DNA from: an uncultured bacterium
GTDB lineage: Bacteria > Verrucomicrobiota > Kiritimatiellia > CAIKKV01 > CAIJXV01
Direction: 5' to 3'
Assembly (NCBI GenBank): GCA_903824675.1
Contig: CAIJXV010000055.1
Coordinates: forward strand, 39,395-103,394
Length of the DNA: 64,000 bases
Part shown: positions 1 to 9,938 of the stretch, piece by piece
Layout: the number at the start of each line of letters is the position of its first letter
Position numbering within the stretch: position 1 is the first letter of the stretch
Notes under the pieces: generated by a model
Database searches by the model: none
Told to the model about the DNA's origin: nothing
Seen by the model: the letters and a program-made list of their open reading frames with translations, nothing else
Program-made: the position numbers and the translations under genes

Positions 1-154
1 TGCGCCCGGCGTCCGCTGATCCAATCCCCTCCATCACCAGACGCCCGCCACCGAGGGCGGGCCGACATCGAGTGAAAACGGTCGGAGATCAGGGAAAACT
101 TGTGCGGCAGTTAACTTTACCATCCACCTGATCCAAAAAACCAGCGGAAAGCTT

Positions 155-181
155 TTGACGGTTGGCTCGCGCGGGTATACT
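155..181 (+). promoter_or_regulatory. Possible sigma70 promoter of tol-pal operon
   Basis: TTGACG (155-160) and TATACT (176-181); the spacer is only 15 bp. AAGGAGG RBS precedes ATG 208. Confidence 0.35.
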
Positions 182-207
182 TTATCCCCCGACGGCAAGA
201 AGGAGGA

Positions 208-975
208 ATGGCGATGATTTTAAGTCCGATGTGTTTCCCGTTGGCGAGCGTGGCCACGACCGTGGTCTATGCCTTCACAACCTCGGATGGGTTTGGTAAG
301 ACGATTGTTCTCTTGTTGTTACTCGGCTCGGTATTAGCCTGGTCGGTCATGTTGACCAAGATGCGCGAATTCAATCAGGCGATGTCCGATGGACGGCGTT
401 TCCTGTCCGCCTACCGGCGCGAGGCTAATCCCTTGATGCTGTTTTCGCAAAAACGGATTTACAATGGGCCGCTGGCACGGATTTACCAGCAGGCGTGCCA
501 GGCGGTTGCCGGGGAACTGGTGGGCCCCAATGATGCCCCCGAGCTGTTTGCCGCTCGCCTGGCCGGGAACCGGCCCCTGCGGTTGACTTCGGTGGACTAT
601 ACCAATGCCTGCAAAGTGGCGGAACGGACGATGGTTGACCAGAGCGTTCAATTGGAAGCCAATATGAGTTTCCTGGCGACGACGGTCACGGCGGCGCCCT
701 TCCTGGGGTTGCTCGGGACAGTGTGGGGCGTGATGGACGCCTTTCGGGCGATGGCGCAAACGGGGTCGGTACTCCTGTCCGAGGTGGCACCGGGGATTTC
801 AGGCGCTTTGCTGACCACCGTTGTCGGTCTGTTGGTGGCCCTGCCCTCGCTGGTCGGCTACAACCTGTTGAACGGCCGGATGCAGCAACTCGGATTGGAG
901 ATGGAAAACTTTTCAGATGAGTTTACGCATGATCTGGCGCGTCATTTCCTCGATGCCCAACAGCAGGAGAAATGA
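208..975 (+). CDS. tolQ: MotA/TolQ/ExbB proton channel protein
   Basis: APFLGLLGTVWGVMDAF...VAPGISGALLTT..GL.VALP signature; first gene of a tolQRAB-pal cluster. Confidence 0.9.
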   Translation: MAMILSPMCFPLASVATTVVYAFTTSDGFGKTIVLLLLLGSVLAWSVMLTKMREFNQAMSDGRRFLSAYRREANPLMLFSQKRIYNGPLARIYQQACQAVAGELVGPNDAPELFAARLAGNRPLRLTSVDYTNACKVAERTMVDQSVQLEANMSFLATTVTAAPFLGLLGTVWGVMDAFRAMAQTGSVLLSEVAPGISGALLTTVVGLLVALPSLVGYNLLNGRMQQLGLEMENFSDEFTHDLARHFLDAQQQEK

Positions 976-1388
976 TCGTGGCTCGTCGTACTGTTTTCCG
1001 CCGGCATCAGTCGATCAGTGAAATCAATCTGACCCCTCTGATTGATTTGACGTTTTTGCTGCTCATCACCTTTGTGATCACATTCCCCCTGGTTCAGCAG
1101 GGGATTCCCCTGAAACTGCCCAAAGGCGCGGCGGCGGAATTGCCTGCCAATCAGAAACAGACCATCAGTATTGACCGGGAGGGGCGCATTTATTTAAATG
1201 ACCTGCTGGCGTCCTTCGCTGAAATGGAAACCCGCATGGTGGCCCTGGGCCGCAACCAGCCCGATACGGTGATTCTGGTTCGGGCGGATGAAGGGGTTTC
1301 GTACGGGCACGTGGCCCAAATTCTGCGAGTTCTCTACAAGGCCCGGTTGACCCGGATGGCATTGGTGACACAGGCTGACAGCCGTTAG
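972..1388 (+). CDS. tolR: ExbD/TolR biopolymer transport protein
   Basis: EINLTPLIDLTFLLLITF TM motif and VRAD..V.YG motif; ATGA overlap with tolQ. Confidence 0.9.
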   Translation: MIVARRTVFRRHQSISEINLTPLIDLTFLLLITFVITFPLVQQGIPLKLPKGAAAELPANQKQTISIDREGRIYLNDLLASFAEMETRMVALGRNQPDTVILVRADEGVSYGHVAQILRVLYKARLTRMALVTQADSR

Positions 1389-1443
1389 CACGCCGGCGCG
1401 TGCCGGGAGGCCGGAAGCGCGCGGAGTCCGAGGCAAACCGGAT

Positions 1444-2262
1444 ATGAAATCGAAATCGGGATTCACTTTAAACTTGGCGATCGTCGCCGTATTCCATGGC
1501 GTGCTGATTGCCGCCCTGATATTCTTTCCGTCGATTCCAGGGTGCGAACAGGAACATGAGCGGCCGATCGTGCCGGTGGATTTGGTGGTCGAGGTTCCCC
1601 CCGGAGATGAATCCGGGGAGGAGACGAGTCCTGATAAATGGATCCCTCCTGATCCTGAACCGGAAGCCCAATCCTCCGCTCCGGAACCTGAACCCGAGGA
1701 GATGCCGTTGACCTCCTCCAAGTTATCACCCAAGACCCCCCCAAAAAAACAGGTCCAGTCACAAAAAAAAACGACGACCGTTGCCGCCCCGCAAACGGGG
1801 GCAAACGCATCGTCCAAAACCTCGAAAGGCAAGATTCAGGTCAGCCGCAAGAAGGTCAAGAATCCCTATGGGTCTTCGAAATCCACCCGCATGCCGACGA
1901 AACTATTGTCCGCCGCCGAGATTCGGAAACGATTGGCTGCCGGTTCCCAGATCGGAGATCACACGTCGGAGGTGGATGATAACTATTTATATCTGGAGAT
2001 TGTGCGCCGGACCTTTTACCAGGCCTGGACCCAGCCGTCATCAATCCCGATTGACGGGATGGCGGTTAAAGTGGATATTGAGCTGGGTCTGAATGGGGCG
2101 GTTCTCGATAGCCGGCTCGCATCGAGTTCCGGTAATTCGGTGATGGATGAATCGGTTCTGCGGGCGGTGAAGGCGGTCCGGCGCATTCCGGGACTTTCCG
2201 CTGAATTCATCCGTCAGCACCGACGGATGCCGGTGGTGTTTGAGTTGACCGGGGAACGCTGA
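1444..2262 (+). CDS. tolA: TolA/TonB-family energy transducer
   Basis: N-terminal TM with conserved His (VFHGVL), Pro/Glu- and Lys-rich linker, TonB_C-like C-terminus (SSGNSVMDESVLRAV); lies between tolR and tolB. Confidence 0.75.
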   Translation: MKSKSGFTLNLAIVAVFHGVLIAALIFFPSIPGCEQEHERPIVPVDLVVEVPPGDESGEETSPDKWIPPDPEPEAQSSAPEPEPEEMPLTSSKLSPKTPPKKQVQSQKKTTTVAAPQTGANASSKTSKGKIQVSRKKVKNPYGSSKSTRMPTKLLSAAEIRKRLAAGSQIGDHTSEVDDNYLYLEIVRRTFYQAWTQPSSIPIDGMAVKVDIELGLNGAVLDSRLASSSGNSVMDESVLRAVKAVRRIPGLSAEFIRQHRRMPVVFELTGER

Positions 2263-2281
2263 TTTTTGAGGAGTGGTTGTG

Positions 2282-3487
2282 ATGATGAAATGGATGACGG
2301 CGGGATGTCTGGCGGCGGTCTGTCTCTGGAGTTTTTCCGGGATGGCCCAGGATGTGATTATCCGTAAAACCACGGCGTCGAAACTGACCGTCGATCTGAC
2401 GGAGTTGCGCGCCGGTGGATCGGGCGGGACGGTTTTTTTGCGGACGGTGGATGAGGATTTACGGCGGTCCGGTTGGGTTGTTCCGGTTCGGACCGGGGCC
2501 GGTTATAGTGCAGGGGGAACCTTGGCGGCGGCAGGCAATGGTTTGCGGGTGCCCTTGGTGATCCAAAACAGCGAAACGCGCCAGACCCTCTTCAATCAGA
2601 ATGTGGGCATTGACAATGCCGATCCCAAGCGGATGGGGCATCGCGTGTCGGATGCGATCTTAAAGGCGGTCACCGGACGGCGGGGGATGTCCGGCTGCCG
2701 GCTGGTGTTGATCGGCGCCTCCGCCCGGGGCAAGGAACTCTTTGTCTGCGATGCGGATGGGGGCAACTTGTCGCCCCTGACCTCGGATGGGTCGATTGTA
2801 CTGGCGCCGACTTGGGGGCCCCGCGGCGATCAGATTCTCTATACCTCTTTTCGGCGGGGCTTTGCCGATTGTTATTTGCTGGATCTCCGGAGTGGTAAGA
2901 CGCATCAGGTGGCCCAGTATTCCGGGATGAATATGGCGGGTGACATTTCGCCGAACGGGCAGGATGCGGCGCTGGTGCTGTCCAAGGATGGGAACCCCGA
3001 ACTCTACATCAAGAGTCTGTCTTCCGGCGCCCTGACGCGGATGACCCAAACCCGGAGTGTGGGCGAGGCGAGTCCCTCCTGGTCGCCCGATGGATCCCAG
3101 ATCGTTTACGTGTCGGATGCGGCCGGGGTGTCTTCGCCGCAATTATATCTGATTAGTCGGGGGGGTGGTTCCCGGCGGCTGACCACCCGTGGCAGTCAAA
3201 ACGTAAACCCGGATTGGGGGGCGAATAATCTGATTGCCTATTCAAGCCGGCAGGGGGGGCGATTTGCGCTGATGGTATACGACCCGGCGCTTCAGGAGCA
3301 CCGGGTGATTGCGCAGGACGGAGCAGATTATGAAGATCCCTCCTGGGCCCCGGATGGCCGGCATATTTTTTGCACCCGGTCTGAAGGATACCGGAGTACC
3401 ATCTACCTGCTTGACATTATGGGCGATCCTCCCCTAAAGTTGGCGCTACCCGTGGGTAATTGGCGTTCACCGACCTGTTCCCCGTAA
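2282..3487 (+). CDS. tolB: TolB beta-propeller periplasmic protein
   Basis: Signal peptide and PD40 repeats (SPSWSPDG, DPSWAPDG); start chosen from GAGGAG RBS (ORF track start 2273). Confidence 0.9.
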   Translation: MMKWMTAGCLAAVCLWSFSGMAQDVIIRKTTASKLTVDLTELRAGGSGGTVFLRTVDEDLRRSGWVVPVRTGAGYSAGGTLAAAGNGLRVPLVIQNSETRQTLFNQNVGIDNADPKRMGHRVSDAILKAVTGRRGMSGCRLVLIGASARGKELFVCDADGGNLSPLTSDGSIVLAPTWGPRGDQILYTSFRRGFADCYLLDLRSGKTHQVAQYSGMNMAGDISPNGQDAALVLSKDGNPELYIKSLSSGALTRMTQTRSVGEASPSWSPDGSQIVYVSDAAGVSSPQLYLISRGGGSRRLTTRGSQNVNPDWGANNLIAYSSRQGGRFALMVYDPALQEHRVIAQDGADYEDPSWAPDGRHIFCTRSEGYRSTIYLLDIMGDPPLKLALPVGNWRSPTCSP

Positions 3488-3525
3488 TTTGTTTTGTTTA
3501 TGGACTGAAACACAAGGAGTCGACG

Positions 3526-4086
3526 ATGATGATGAATAAACGGTTGATGGTTTCCATGCTTATGATTTGCGCCGTGGCGATGGTTTTCCCTGGATGCCGC
3601 CGGAAACGCGCGCCTGGAGCCATCAGTCTCGATTCCAACCAACCCTCGATCGTTCAGCCGCTGGATGGCATGGGTACCGAGGGGAGTGGGGCTGCTGGGA
3701 GTGGATCGCTCGCGCCGCGCGCCGATGTGTTTACCAGCGGTCAGGCGGTCAGTGCCAATCTGACGGCCATTCTCTTTGATTTCGACAGCGCCCAGGTGGC
3801 TGATCCGGAACGGTCCAAAGCCGAGGCGGTTGCCCAATACCTGAAGAGCAACGCGGATTGCGTGGCGGTGCTGGAAGGGAATTGTGACGAACGCGGGAGC
3901 GCTGAATACAACATGTCGTTGGGTGAACGCCGCGCGTTGGCCGTTCGCGCCTACCTGGTGACCTTGGGCGTCGAGCCGGCCCGCCTGCAGACCCGCAGTT
4001 TCGGCGCCGAAAAGCCCATCCAGATGGGGCATGACGAAGAAGCCTGGCGCATGAATCGCCGGGTTGAATTTGCCGTGATGAAGTAA
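3526..4086 (+). CDS. pal: Peptidoglycan-associated lipoprotein Pal (OmpA-like)
   Basis: Lipobox-like FPGC, FDFDS, EGNCDERGSAEYNMSLGERRA, NRRVEF; AAGGAG RBS before ATG 3526. Confidence 0.92.
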   Translation: MMMNKRLMVSMLMICAVAMVFPGCRRKRAPGAISLDSNQPSIVQPLDGMGTEGSGAAGSGSLAPRADVFTSGQAVSANLTAILFDFDSAQVADPERSKAEAVAQYLKSNADCVAVLEGNCDERGSAEYNMSLGERRALAVRAYLVTLGVEPARLQTRSFGAEKPIQMGHDEEAWRMNRRVEFAVMK

Positions 4087-4112
4087 TCACCGCTGACGGC
4101 GGTAGGATGATC

Positions 4113-4141
4113 GACCCCGGCGGGAATCCGCCGGGGTTTTT
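4113..4141 (+). terminator. Rho-independent terminator after pal
   Basis: GACCCCGGCGG-GAAT-CCGCCGGGGTT followed by a T run. Confidence 0.75.
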
Positions 4142-4155
4142 GTTTGGAGGGCGGG

Positions 4156-4431
4156 ATGATCGAGATCGCTTTCCTGGGGGGCACTATCGGCCCGATGGAA
4201 CTGATGGTGGTATTGACCGCCGTCCTTTTGCTTTTTGGATCCGACCGCCTGCCCGACCTCGCGCGGCGCATCGGTCGTTTCATGAGCCAGCTTCATGAAG
4301 CCTCGGATGAAGTTCGGCGTCAGGTTTTGAACCCGCCGGAAAACCATCTGCCGGGCCCCACTTCGAAATTGCCCGCTCAACCCGGGCCGGCGGATACTAC
4401 CCCGGAGGCGCCCCATGATCGGGTGGGATAA
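4156..4431 (+). CDS. tatA: Twin-arginine translocase TatA/TatB family subunit
   Basis: IGPMELMVVL..LLLFG..RLPDLAR.IG; GGAGG RBS. Could be TatB-like. Confidence 0.8.
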   Translation: MIEIAFLGGTIGPMELMVVLTAVLLLFGSDRLPDLARRIGRFMSQLHEASDEVRRQVLNPPENHLPGPTSKLPAQPGPADTTPEAPHDRVG

Positions 4432-5188
4432 AGACGGGGGACCGGTCAAGACCTTCCTGGCCCATCTGGATGATCTCCGCCGTTTATTGCTGGGGTGCTT
4501 GGTGGCCTGGGCCGTGGGGATGGCGGTGGCCGCGCATGAGGCGCCGCGGATTATGAAAGTCCTGGTGTTGCCGCTTGAAAAGGCGGGTCGATCGCCGGCC
4601 GACTTTCTGCAGACGTTCGAAGTGATGGGGGGAATGAATCTGGCGATGACGATCGCCATCTGGGGCGGCCTCCTGCTGGCCTTGCCGATCATGGTGGGAT
4701 TGATCGGCAACTTCATTCTTCCAGCCCTGACGATCCGCGAACGGCGGACGGTGCTGGCGGGGGGAGGGCTGGCGGTGATTCTTTTTGTAATGGGGGCATC
4801 GATTGCCTACTTCGGCATGTTGACGCCGGCTTTGCGCGTCATGCTTTGGTTTAACGAATGGATGGGCATTCGCGTTGAATTTTTCCGGGTGACCGACTAT
4901 GTGCGGTTTGTATTGATCATGATGGCGGCCTTTGGAATTTGTTTTGAATTGCCCGTGGTCCTCCTGGGGCTGGGACGGCTGGGCATTATCACATCCGATC
5001 AATTGCGGCGGAGTCGCCGGGTGGCCGTGGTGGTGTTGTTGATCGTGGCGATGATCGTGACCCCGACGACGGATCCCTTTTCACAACTGGTCTTGGCCGT
5101 CCCCTTGGTGCTGTTATATGAAGCCTGTATCTGGGCAATTTGGCTGATGGAACGCCGGAGGCGGGAAGAGGGGTTGAAAGGGAGTTGA
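4415..5188 (+). CDS. tatC: Twin-arginine translocase TatC
   Basis: FLAHLDDLR, FGICFELPV, IVTPTTDPFSQ...LYE motifs; about 6 TM segments. Confidence 0.92.
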   Translation: MIGWDKDGGPVKTFLAHLDDLRRLLLGCLVAWAVGMAVAAHEAPRIMKVLVLPLEKAGRSPADFLQTFEVMGGMNLAMTIAIWGGLLLALPIMVGLIGNFILPALTIRERRTVLAGGGLAVILFVMGASIAYFGMLTPALRVMLWFNEWMGIRVEFFRVTDYVRFVLIMMAAFGICFELPVVLLGLGRLGIITSDQLRRSRRVAVVVLLIVAMIVTPTTDPFSQLVLAVPLVLLYEACIWAIWLMERRRREEGLKGS

Positions 5189-5223
5189 TATCCAACCCGT
5201 TCGTTCGGGAGGATTCCTTTTTC

Positions 5224-5262
5224 TGTCATTCCGAGTGGAGCAGGGACGGGGTCGAGGAATCT
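5224..5262. repeat. Degenerate intergenic palindromic repeat (GTCATTCCGAG...CGAGGAATCT type)
   Basis: TGTCATTCCGAGTGGAGC...GTCGAGGAATCT resembles widespread REP-like miniature repeats; single copy here. Confidence 0.4.
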
Positions 5263-5337
5263 GGTGTTTCAGTTGATACGTTGGTGAACGTATGACGGGA
5301 GTACTTAGGGCTAATGACTCACGGATAAGGACGTTTC

Positions 5338-6723
5338 ATGAATAAACAGAAGCTGCTTATGGCCGGTGCGGCCGAGATTGACATTACACCTGCCTTGGGC
5401 ACCCAGATCGCCGGCAACATTGGGGTGCGCCGTCCCGCCAAAATCATCGAACAGCGTTTGTTTGCGAAGGCTTTGGTCCTCCAACAGGGGGATTCCCGGG
5501 TGTGCTATTTTTCCTCGGATATCCTGGCCATCCGCACCGATTTCGCCCTGGCCATTCGGCAAGGAGCCCTGCTTCGATTCCAATTGGCCGCCGAGGAATT
5601 AATCGTCAATTGTACCCAGAATCACTCGTCTCCGTCGGTTGGCCACTGTTTCTGTCTGGACGAATCCTTCTGGCGGCAGTGGATCAAGACGCCGGATCTC
5701 GAATGGGTTCTCGGCGGAGATCCCCAATATACCGATAGTTTCGTGGAAAAAGCGTTGACGGTGATTGGTCAGGCCCTGGGACGCCTGGAACCGGTCACTG
5801 CCCAGGTCGGGCGGGGAATCGAAGGTCGCATCGCGTTCAACCGCCGAACCATCATGCGGGATGGAACGGCGCAAATGCATGCGGCCGCCGGGGACTCGAA
5901 TGTATTGCAAATCGAAGGACCCGCCGATCCCGAGGTGGGCGTGCTGGTGCTCAAGGGCAAGAGGGGGAACACCGTTGCCGCGCTGTTGCATTTCACTTCC
6001 CATCCCTGTCATGGCGTCGATTCCCTGACGATCGCCGGGGGCTGGTCAGGGGCTTGGTGTGAGGGCGTTAAACCGCTTCTCGGAGGCGGAGTGCCCCTGG
6101 TGGTCAATGGATGTTGCGGCAATGTGCATCCCCGGAATCCCCTGGTTCCGGCGGAGACGAAGACCTATCAGGAGATGGGGGCAATCCTGGCGGCCGACAC
6201 GGAAAAAATCATGAGCCGGTTGGTTCCGGTTGACGGTCCTTTATTACACCAGGTCCGGCGGATACCCATTCCCTTGCGCGATCTGGATGTGCTGAAAGTG
6301 CGTAACGCCGAACGCCTGCTGGAAGCCCATCCCGAGCCGATATGGGTCGGGCGGGGTAACGATCAGATCGATTGGCAATGGATTTATGCCATCAGCATTC
6401 TGGATTTGGCCCGTTACAAGGAGACGCATTCCCATTTCGATTACGAAGTTCAGGGTGTGCGGTTGGGGGATGTGCAGTTGCTGGCGTTGACCGGCGAACC
6501 CTTTGTCGAAGCCCAATTAAAAATCAAATTACAGTCTCCATCGCCGTTTACCTGGATCGCCCACATGTCCAATGGCTATGTGGGATATATTCCGACGCCC
6601 GAGGCGATCCGGCGAGGGGGGTATGAAACCGACACCTGTCATTGGTCCAAACTGGCACCCCACGCGTTAGACCTGATTACCACCACCTCGATCGAGGTGG
6701 TGCGCGAATTAGCCGATGCGTAA
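5338..6723 (+). CDS. Neutral/alkaline ceramidase-like metallo-hydrolase
   Basis: AGAAEIDITP, TQNHSSP, FTSHP, NGCCGNV, GEPF, NGYVGYIPT...GGYE pattern; no signal peptide. Confidence 0.7.
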   Translation: MNKQKLLMAGAAEIDITPALGTQIAGNIGVRRPAKIIEQRLFAKALVLQQGDSRVCYFSSDILAIRTDFALAIRQGALLRFQLAAEELIVNCTQNHSSPSVGHCFCLDESFWRQWIKTPDLEWVLGGDPQYTDSFVEKALTVIGQALGRLEPVTAQVGRGIEGRIAFNRRTIMRDGTAQMHAAAGDSNVLQIEGPADPEVGVLVLKGKRGNTVAALLHFTSHPCHGVDSLTIAGGWSGAWCEGVKPLLGGGVPLVVNGCCGNVHPRNPLVPAETKTYQEMGAILAADTEKIMSRLVPVDGPLLHQVRRIPIPLRDLDVLKVRNAERLLEAHPEPIWVGRGNDQIDWQWIYAISILDLARYKETHSHFDYEVQGVRLGDVQLLALTGEPFVEAQLKIKLQSPSPFTWIAHMSNGYVGYIPTPEAIRRGGYETDTCHWSKLAPHALDLITTTSIEVVRELADA

Positions 6724-6753
6724 CGGTTCGAAAGACACCGTGTTTGTAAGAAA

Positions 6754-8208
6754 GTGTTGAGAATGAACCCGTTATCGTATGCGAGCGGAAGCGAACCCAC
6801 CCCGGTCGAAGTTGATCAGGCCGTTCGTCTGACCTATGTCCAGATGATGTTGACCGCCATTTTCGGCGCCAGCACCGGGGGGATGTTTTTGATCGGATTT
6901 GCCCTGGATCTGGGGGCAACGGATTTTCTGCTGGGGTTGATGGCCTCCGTTCCGATGTTTTTCGTGGTGTTTCAAGTGGTGGCGGCCTGGATTATTGAGC
7001 GGGGTTTCAGCCCTAAGCGGTTGGCCGTGTGGTTTGGATTCATCACACCCTTGTGCTGGTTATTCATTGCGACCCTTCCGTTTTTTTCCGCAGTTTTATC
7101 GCCGCCCAATCGTTTGGCCATTCTGGTGGCGGTGCTGGCATTGGTGACCATTGCCGGACAATTTTCGGGGAATGCCCGCGCGGTCTGGGTGGGCGATTTG
7201 ATTCCCGCCAACCGACGGGGTGCGTTTTTCGGAGCGTGCGCACTGTTCAGTGGTATTGTAGGGACTTTTTTTGCGATCGGGGAGGGGCGATTCCTGGATT
7301 TCATACGCATGAAGGGACTGCTGGCCTTCACGTCTCTCTTCCTCTTTGGGGCCATCTTTGGACTGATTGCCGCTGCCTTGAATATTCCCCAGGTCGCGGG
7401 GAAACGGCTGGCGCCTGAATCCCCGCCCACTTTGCAGGGATTGTTCAAGGCGACCTGGAAAAATCGCCCGTTGTTAATCCTGGCTGGTGTTCATGCGGTA
7501 TTGGCGATGGGGAGTATTGCCAATCCGTTCGTTAACGCCTATTGCCTTCGGGATTTAAAGATGAGTTTTTTCGGAGTTGGGTGCGTGAATGCCGTGGCGA
7601 CCGTTTCCAGCCTGATCTTTGCTCCCATGTGGGGCAAGGCGGTGGATCGGTATGGGGGGCGCCCGGTATTGAATTTCAGCCTGTGGGTCTTGCTTCCCTG
7701 TGGATTTATTTGGTTTTTTATCCCGCCCGGGCGTGGGGATCTGGCTTATCGCTTCATGCCTTGGGTGAATTTTGTTTCGGGATTTGCAACCAGTGCGTTG
7801 GGGGTATCCGTCGCTTCCCTGATGTATAAGATGACCTCCAGTAATGGGCGCTCCTTCCAATTCGCCTGTTATAATATTTTCGTATTGCTGGTGGCGGCGC
7901 CGATGCCGCTGATTGGGGGCTGGCTGGTTTCGTCGCTCCAGTCCCATGGATGGGCGATTGATTTGCGCGTGACCTTTTATCTGTGGATCGTGTTTACCTT
8001 CGCCGCCGCGATCTGTGCCCGCTGGGTGCGTGAACCGGATTCGTCCTCCACGCAGCGGATTGTTTTCGAATACCTACCGGAACGTTTTTTGGGGGCGCCG
8101 GGGTTGATATGGTCGGGCCTGATCACCGGCTTGTCGTTTTTTAAGATTCGGGGGCCGGTATCGATAACCAAGCCGCGCTCTTCAGAAGATCCAGAGGATT
8201 CCCCATGA
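6754..8208 (+). CDS. MFS transporter
   Basis: About 12 TM helices; WGKAVDRYGGRP motif A. Confidence 0.85.
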   Translation: MLRMNPLSYASGSEPTPVEVDQAVRLTYVQMMLTAIFGASTGGMFLIGFALDLGATDFLLGLMASVPMFFVVFQVVAAWIIERGFSPKRLAVWFGFITPLCWLFIATLPFFSAVLSPPNRLAILVAVLALVTIAGQFSGNARAVWVGDLIPANRRGAFFGACALFSGIVGTFFAIGEGRFLDFIRMKGLLAFTSLFLFGAIFGLIAAALNIPQVAGKRLAPESPPTLQGLFKATWKNRPLLILAGVHAVLAMGSIANPFVNAYCLRDLKMSFFGVGCVNAVATVSSLIFAPMWGKAVDRYGGRPVLNFSLWVLLPCGFIWFFIPPGRGDLAYRFMPWVNFVSGFATSALGVSVASLMYKMTSSNGRSFQFACYNIFVLLVAAPMPLIGGWLVSSLQSHGWAIDLRVTFYLWIVFTFAAAICARWVREPDSSSTQRIVFEYLPERFLGAPGLIWSGLITGLSFFKIRGPVSITKPRSSEDPEDSP

Positions 8209-9563
8209 GGCCCTTGCCAGATGCCTACGAGTTGACGTCCGGTTCCCTGATCAAGGGATTGATGCGGCTCAGCGGCCCCTTATTATTGAGCGCATTGCTT
8301 CAGAATGCGCAAAGCCTGATCGATCTGTTCTGGGTGGGTCGTCTGGGTTCGATAGCGGTCGCCGGAGTGGCGTTGTCGGCCACGGTCTTTATGCTCTTAT
8401 TTCCCATGATCATGGGATTAACGGCGGGAACCGTGGCTATGGTCGCGCGCATGACGGGCGCAGGCGACGGGGAAGGCGCCAATCGGGCAGCCGGCCAATC
8501 CCTGATGTTGTCCCTGATTTTAGGGGGAATTACCGGTATGGTTTGCAGTTTGTTTTCAGAACCGGTCCTTCGGCTCCTGGGCGCGGATGCCCAGGTGGTT
8601 CGTATGGGGGCGCCGTATTTGCGGATCCTGTTGTTGGGTTCTTTTTCCGTCTTCCTGTTGTTTACCGCCAATGCCGCGTTACAGGCGGTCGGCGATACTG
8701 TCCGGCCGATGTGGAGCATGATCCTGGCGAATGTCCTGAACCTGATTCTCGATCCCCTTCTGATTTTCGGGTTCGGTCCTTTTCCGGAAATGGGCATCGA
8801 GGGGGCGGCCTGGGCAACTGTGTTTTCGCAAGTCGTCGCCTGTGCGGTCTCCATCCACCTGATGAAAACCGGAAAGAGCCGCTTAAAAGTGCAGGCCCAT
8901 CATTGGAAACTGGATTGGGCTCTATCGTGGCGTATCCTGCGGATCGGGGTGCCGGGATCCGGCCAGATGCTGTCGCGCGGTCTCATGGCGGCGGCTTTTA
9001 TGCGAATTGTGGCGCAATACGGGACCGTGGCACTGGCCGCGTATGGAATTGGAATGCGGTTTCACATGATTCTATTGATGCCTGCGTTTGCCTTTGGAAA
9101 TGCGGCGGCCACCTTGGTCGGGCAAAACATGGGAGCCGGCCAACTCGACCGGGCCCGGGCGGCGGCCTGGCTGGCAACGGCAATCGACGCGGGCCTGATG
9201 ATCCTCTGTTCAATTGCCGTGGCGATTTGGGCGGGACCGTTGGTCTCCTTTTTCAGTTCCGATCCCGCGGTCATTGCCGTCGGTGTGAAATTTTTGCGGA
9301 TTGTCACCCCTTTTGCCGTATTTGCCACCCTGGGAATTGTATTGGGGCGCGCCATGAACGGGGCGGGGGAAACCCTGATGCCGATGATCCTGACGGTGGT
9401 GAGCTTGTGGGGTTTGCAAGTTCCGCTGGGGTTATGGTTACCCCATCATTGGCATCCGGCCACGAGCGGAATCTGGTGGGCGAATGCGCTGGCCATGATG
9501 GCCCACGGGATATTAATCATGCTTTGGTTTTTAAAGGGACACTGGCAACGTCAACGGGTGTGA
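8205..9563 (+). CDS. MATE family efflux transporter
   Basis: D.FWVGRLG, GDT..PM, N.ILDPLLIFG..P.MGIEGAA.AT, VGQNMGAG. Confidence 0.92.
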   Translation: MRPLPDAYELTSGSLIKGLMRLSGPLLLSALLQNAQSLIDLFWVGRLGSIAVAGVALSATVFMLLFPMIMGLTAGTVAMVARMTGAGDGEGANRAAGQSLMLSLILGGITGMVCSLFSEPVLRLLGADAQVVRMGAPYLRILLLGSFSVFLLFTANAALQAVGDTVRPMWSMILANVLNLILDPLLIFGFGPFPEMGIEGAAWATVFSQVVACAVSIHLMKTGKSRLKVQAHHWKLDWALSWRILRIGVPGSGQMLSRGLMAAAFMRIVAQYGTVALAAYGIGMRFHMILLMPAFAFGNAAATLVGQNMGAGQLDRARAAAWLATAIDAGLMILCSIAVAIWAGPLVSFFSSDPAVIAVGVKFLRIVTPFAVFATLGIVLGRAMNGAGETLMPMILTVVSLWGLQVPLGLWLPHHWHPATSGIWWANALAMMAHGILIMLWFLKGHWQRQRV

Positions 9564-9584
9564 CGAGTCCCCGGGGGGCCTGTG

Positions 9585-9938
9585 TCAGGGCGTGGCGGTC
9601 GGTCCTCCCAGGGTTGCCACTGCCGATCCCGTGGCCACCAACGCGATGCCGCACCACTGGAGCAGGGTCAATCGCGAATGAAATAACCGGGCGAGCAGGA
9701 GTTGACTACCGATGAATCCTCCGCTGCCGGCGAGGACGGCGGCCAGGTTGCTATTGGCCGGCATGAGTCCGTAGATTTTCATCAGGAAATAAATGCTGGG
9801 AGCCCCCACCGCATTCCCGACCACGAATCCCGTCCACCAGCGCCGCCGACTGCCGGTTCCGTCAGTGCCCCACTTGAAAGCCACATTGGCAAAAATCTGC
9901 ATGGACCAGAAAAGAATCAGCAACAGAATCAAGTTCAT
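9585..9938 (-). CDS. Small 4-TM membrane protein, SMR/EamA-like
   Basis: About 117 aa, hydrophobic, ending LQWCGIALVATG; ATGA-coupled to the upstream paralogue (true start 9938 rather than 10070). Confidence 0.7.
   Translation of the reverse strand: MNLILLLILFWSMQIFANVAFKWGTDGTGSRRRWWTGFVVGNAVGAPSIYFLMKIYGLMPANSNLAAVLAGSGGFIGSQLLLARLFHSRLTLLQWCGIALVATGSAVATLGGPTATP

Noticed and set aside
1-68. Possible 5' end of a minus-strand gene (MSARPRWRASGDGGDWISGRRA, faintly RlmB-like)
   Set aside because: Only 22 codons visible; cannot support a call.
8543-9715. 390-aa alternative-frame ORF
   Set aside because: Overlaps the clear MATE gene in another frame and has no motifs; GC-rich shadow ORF.
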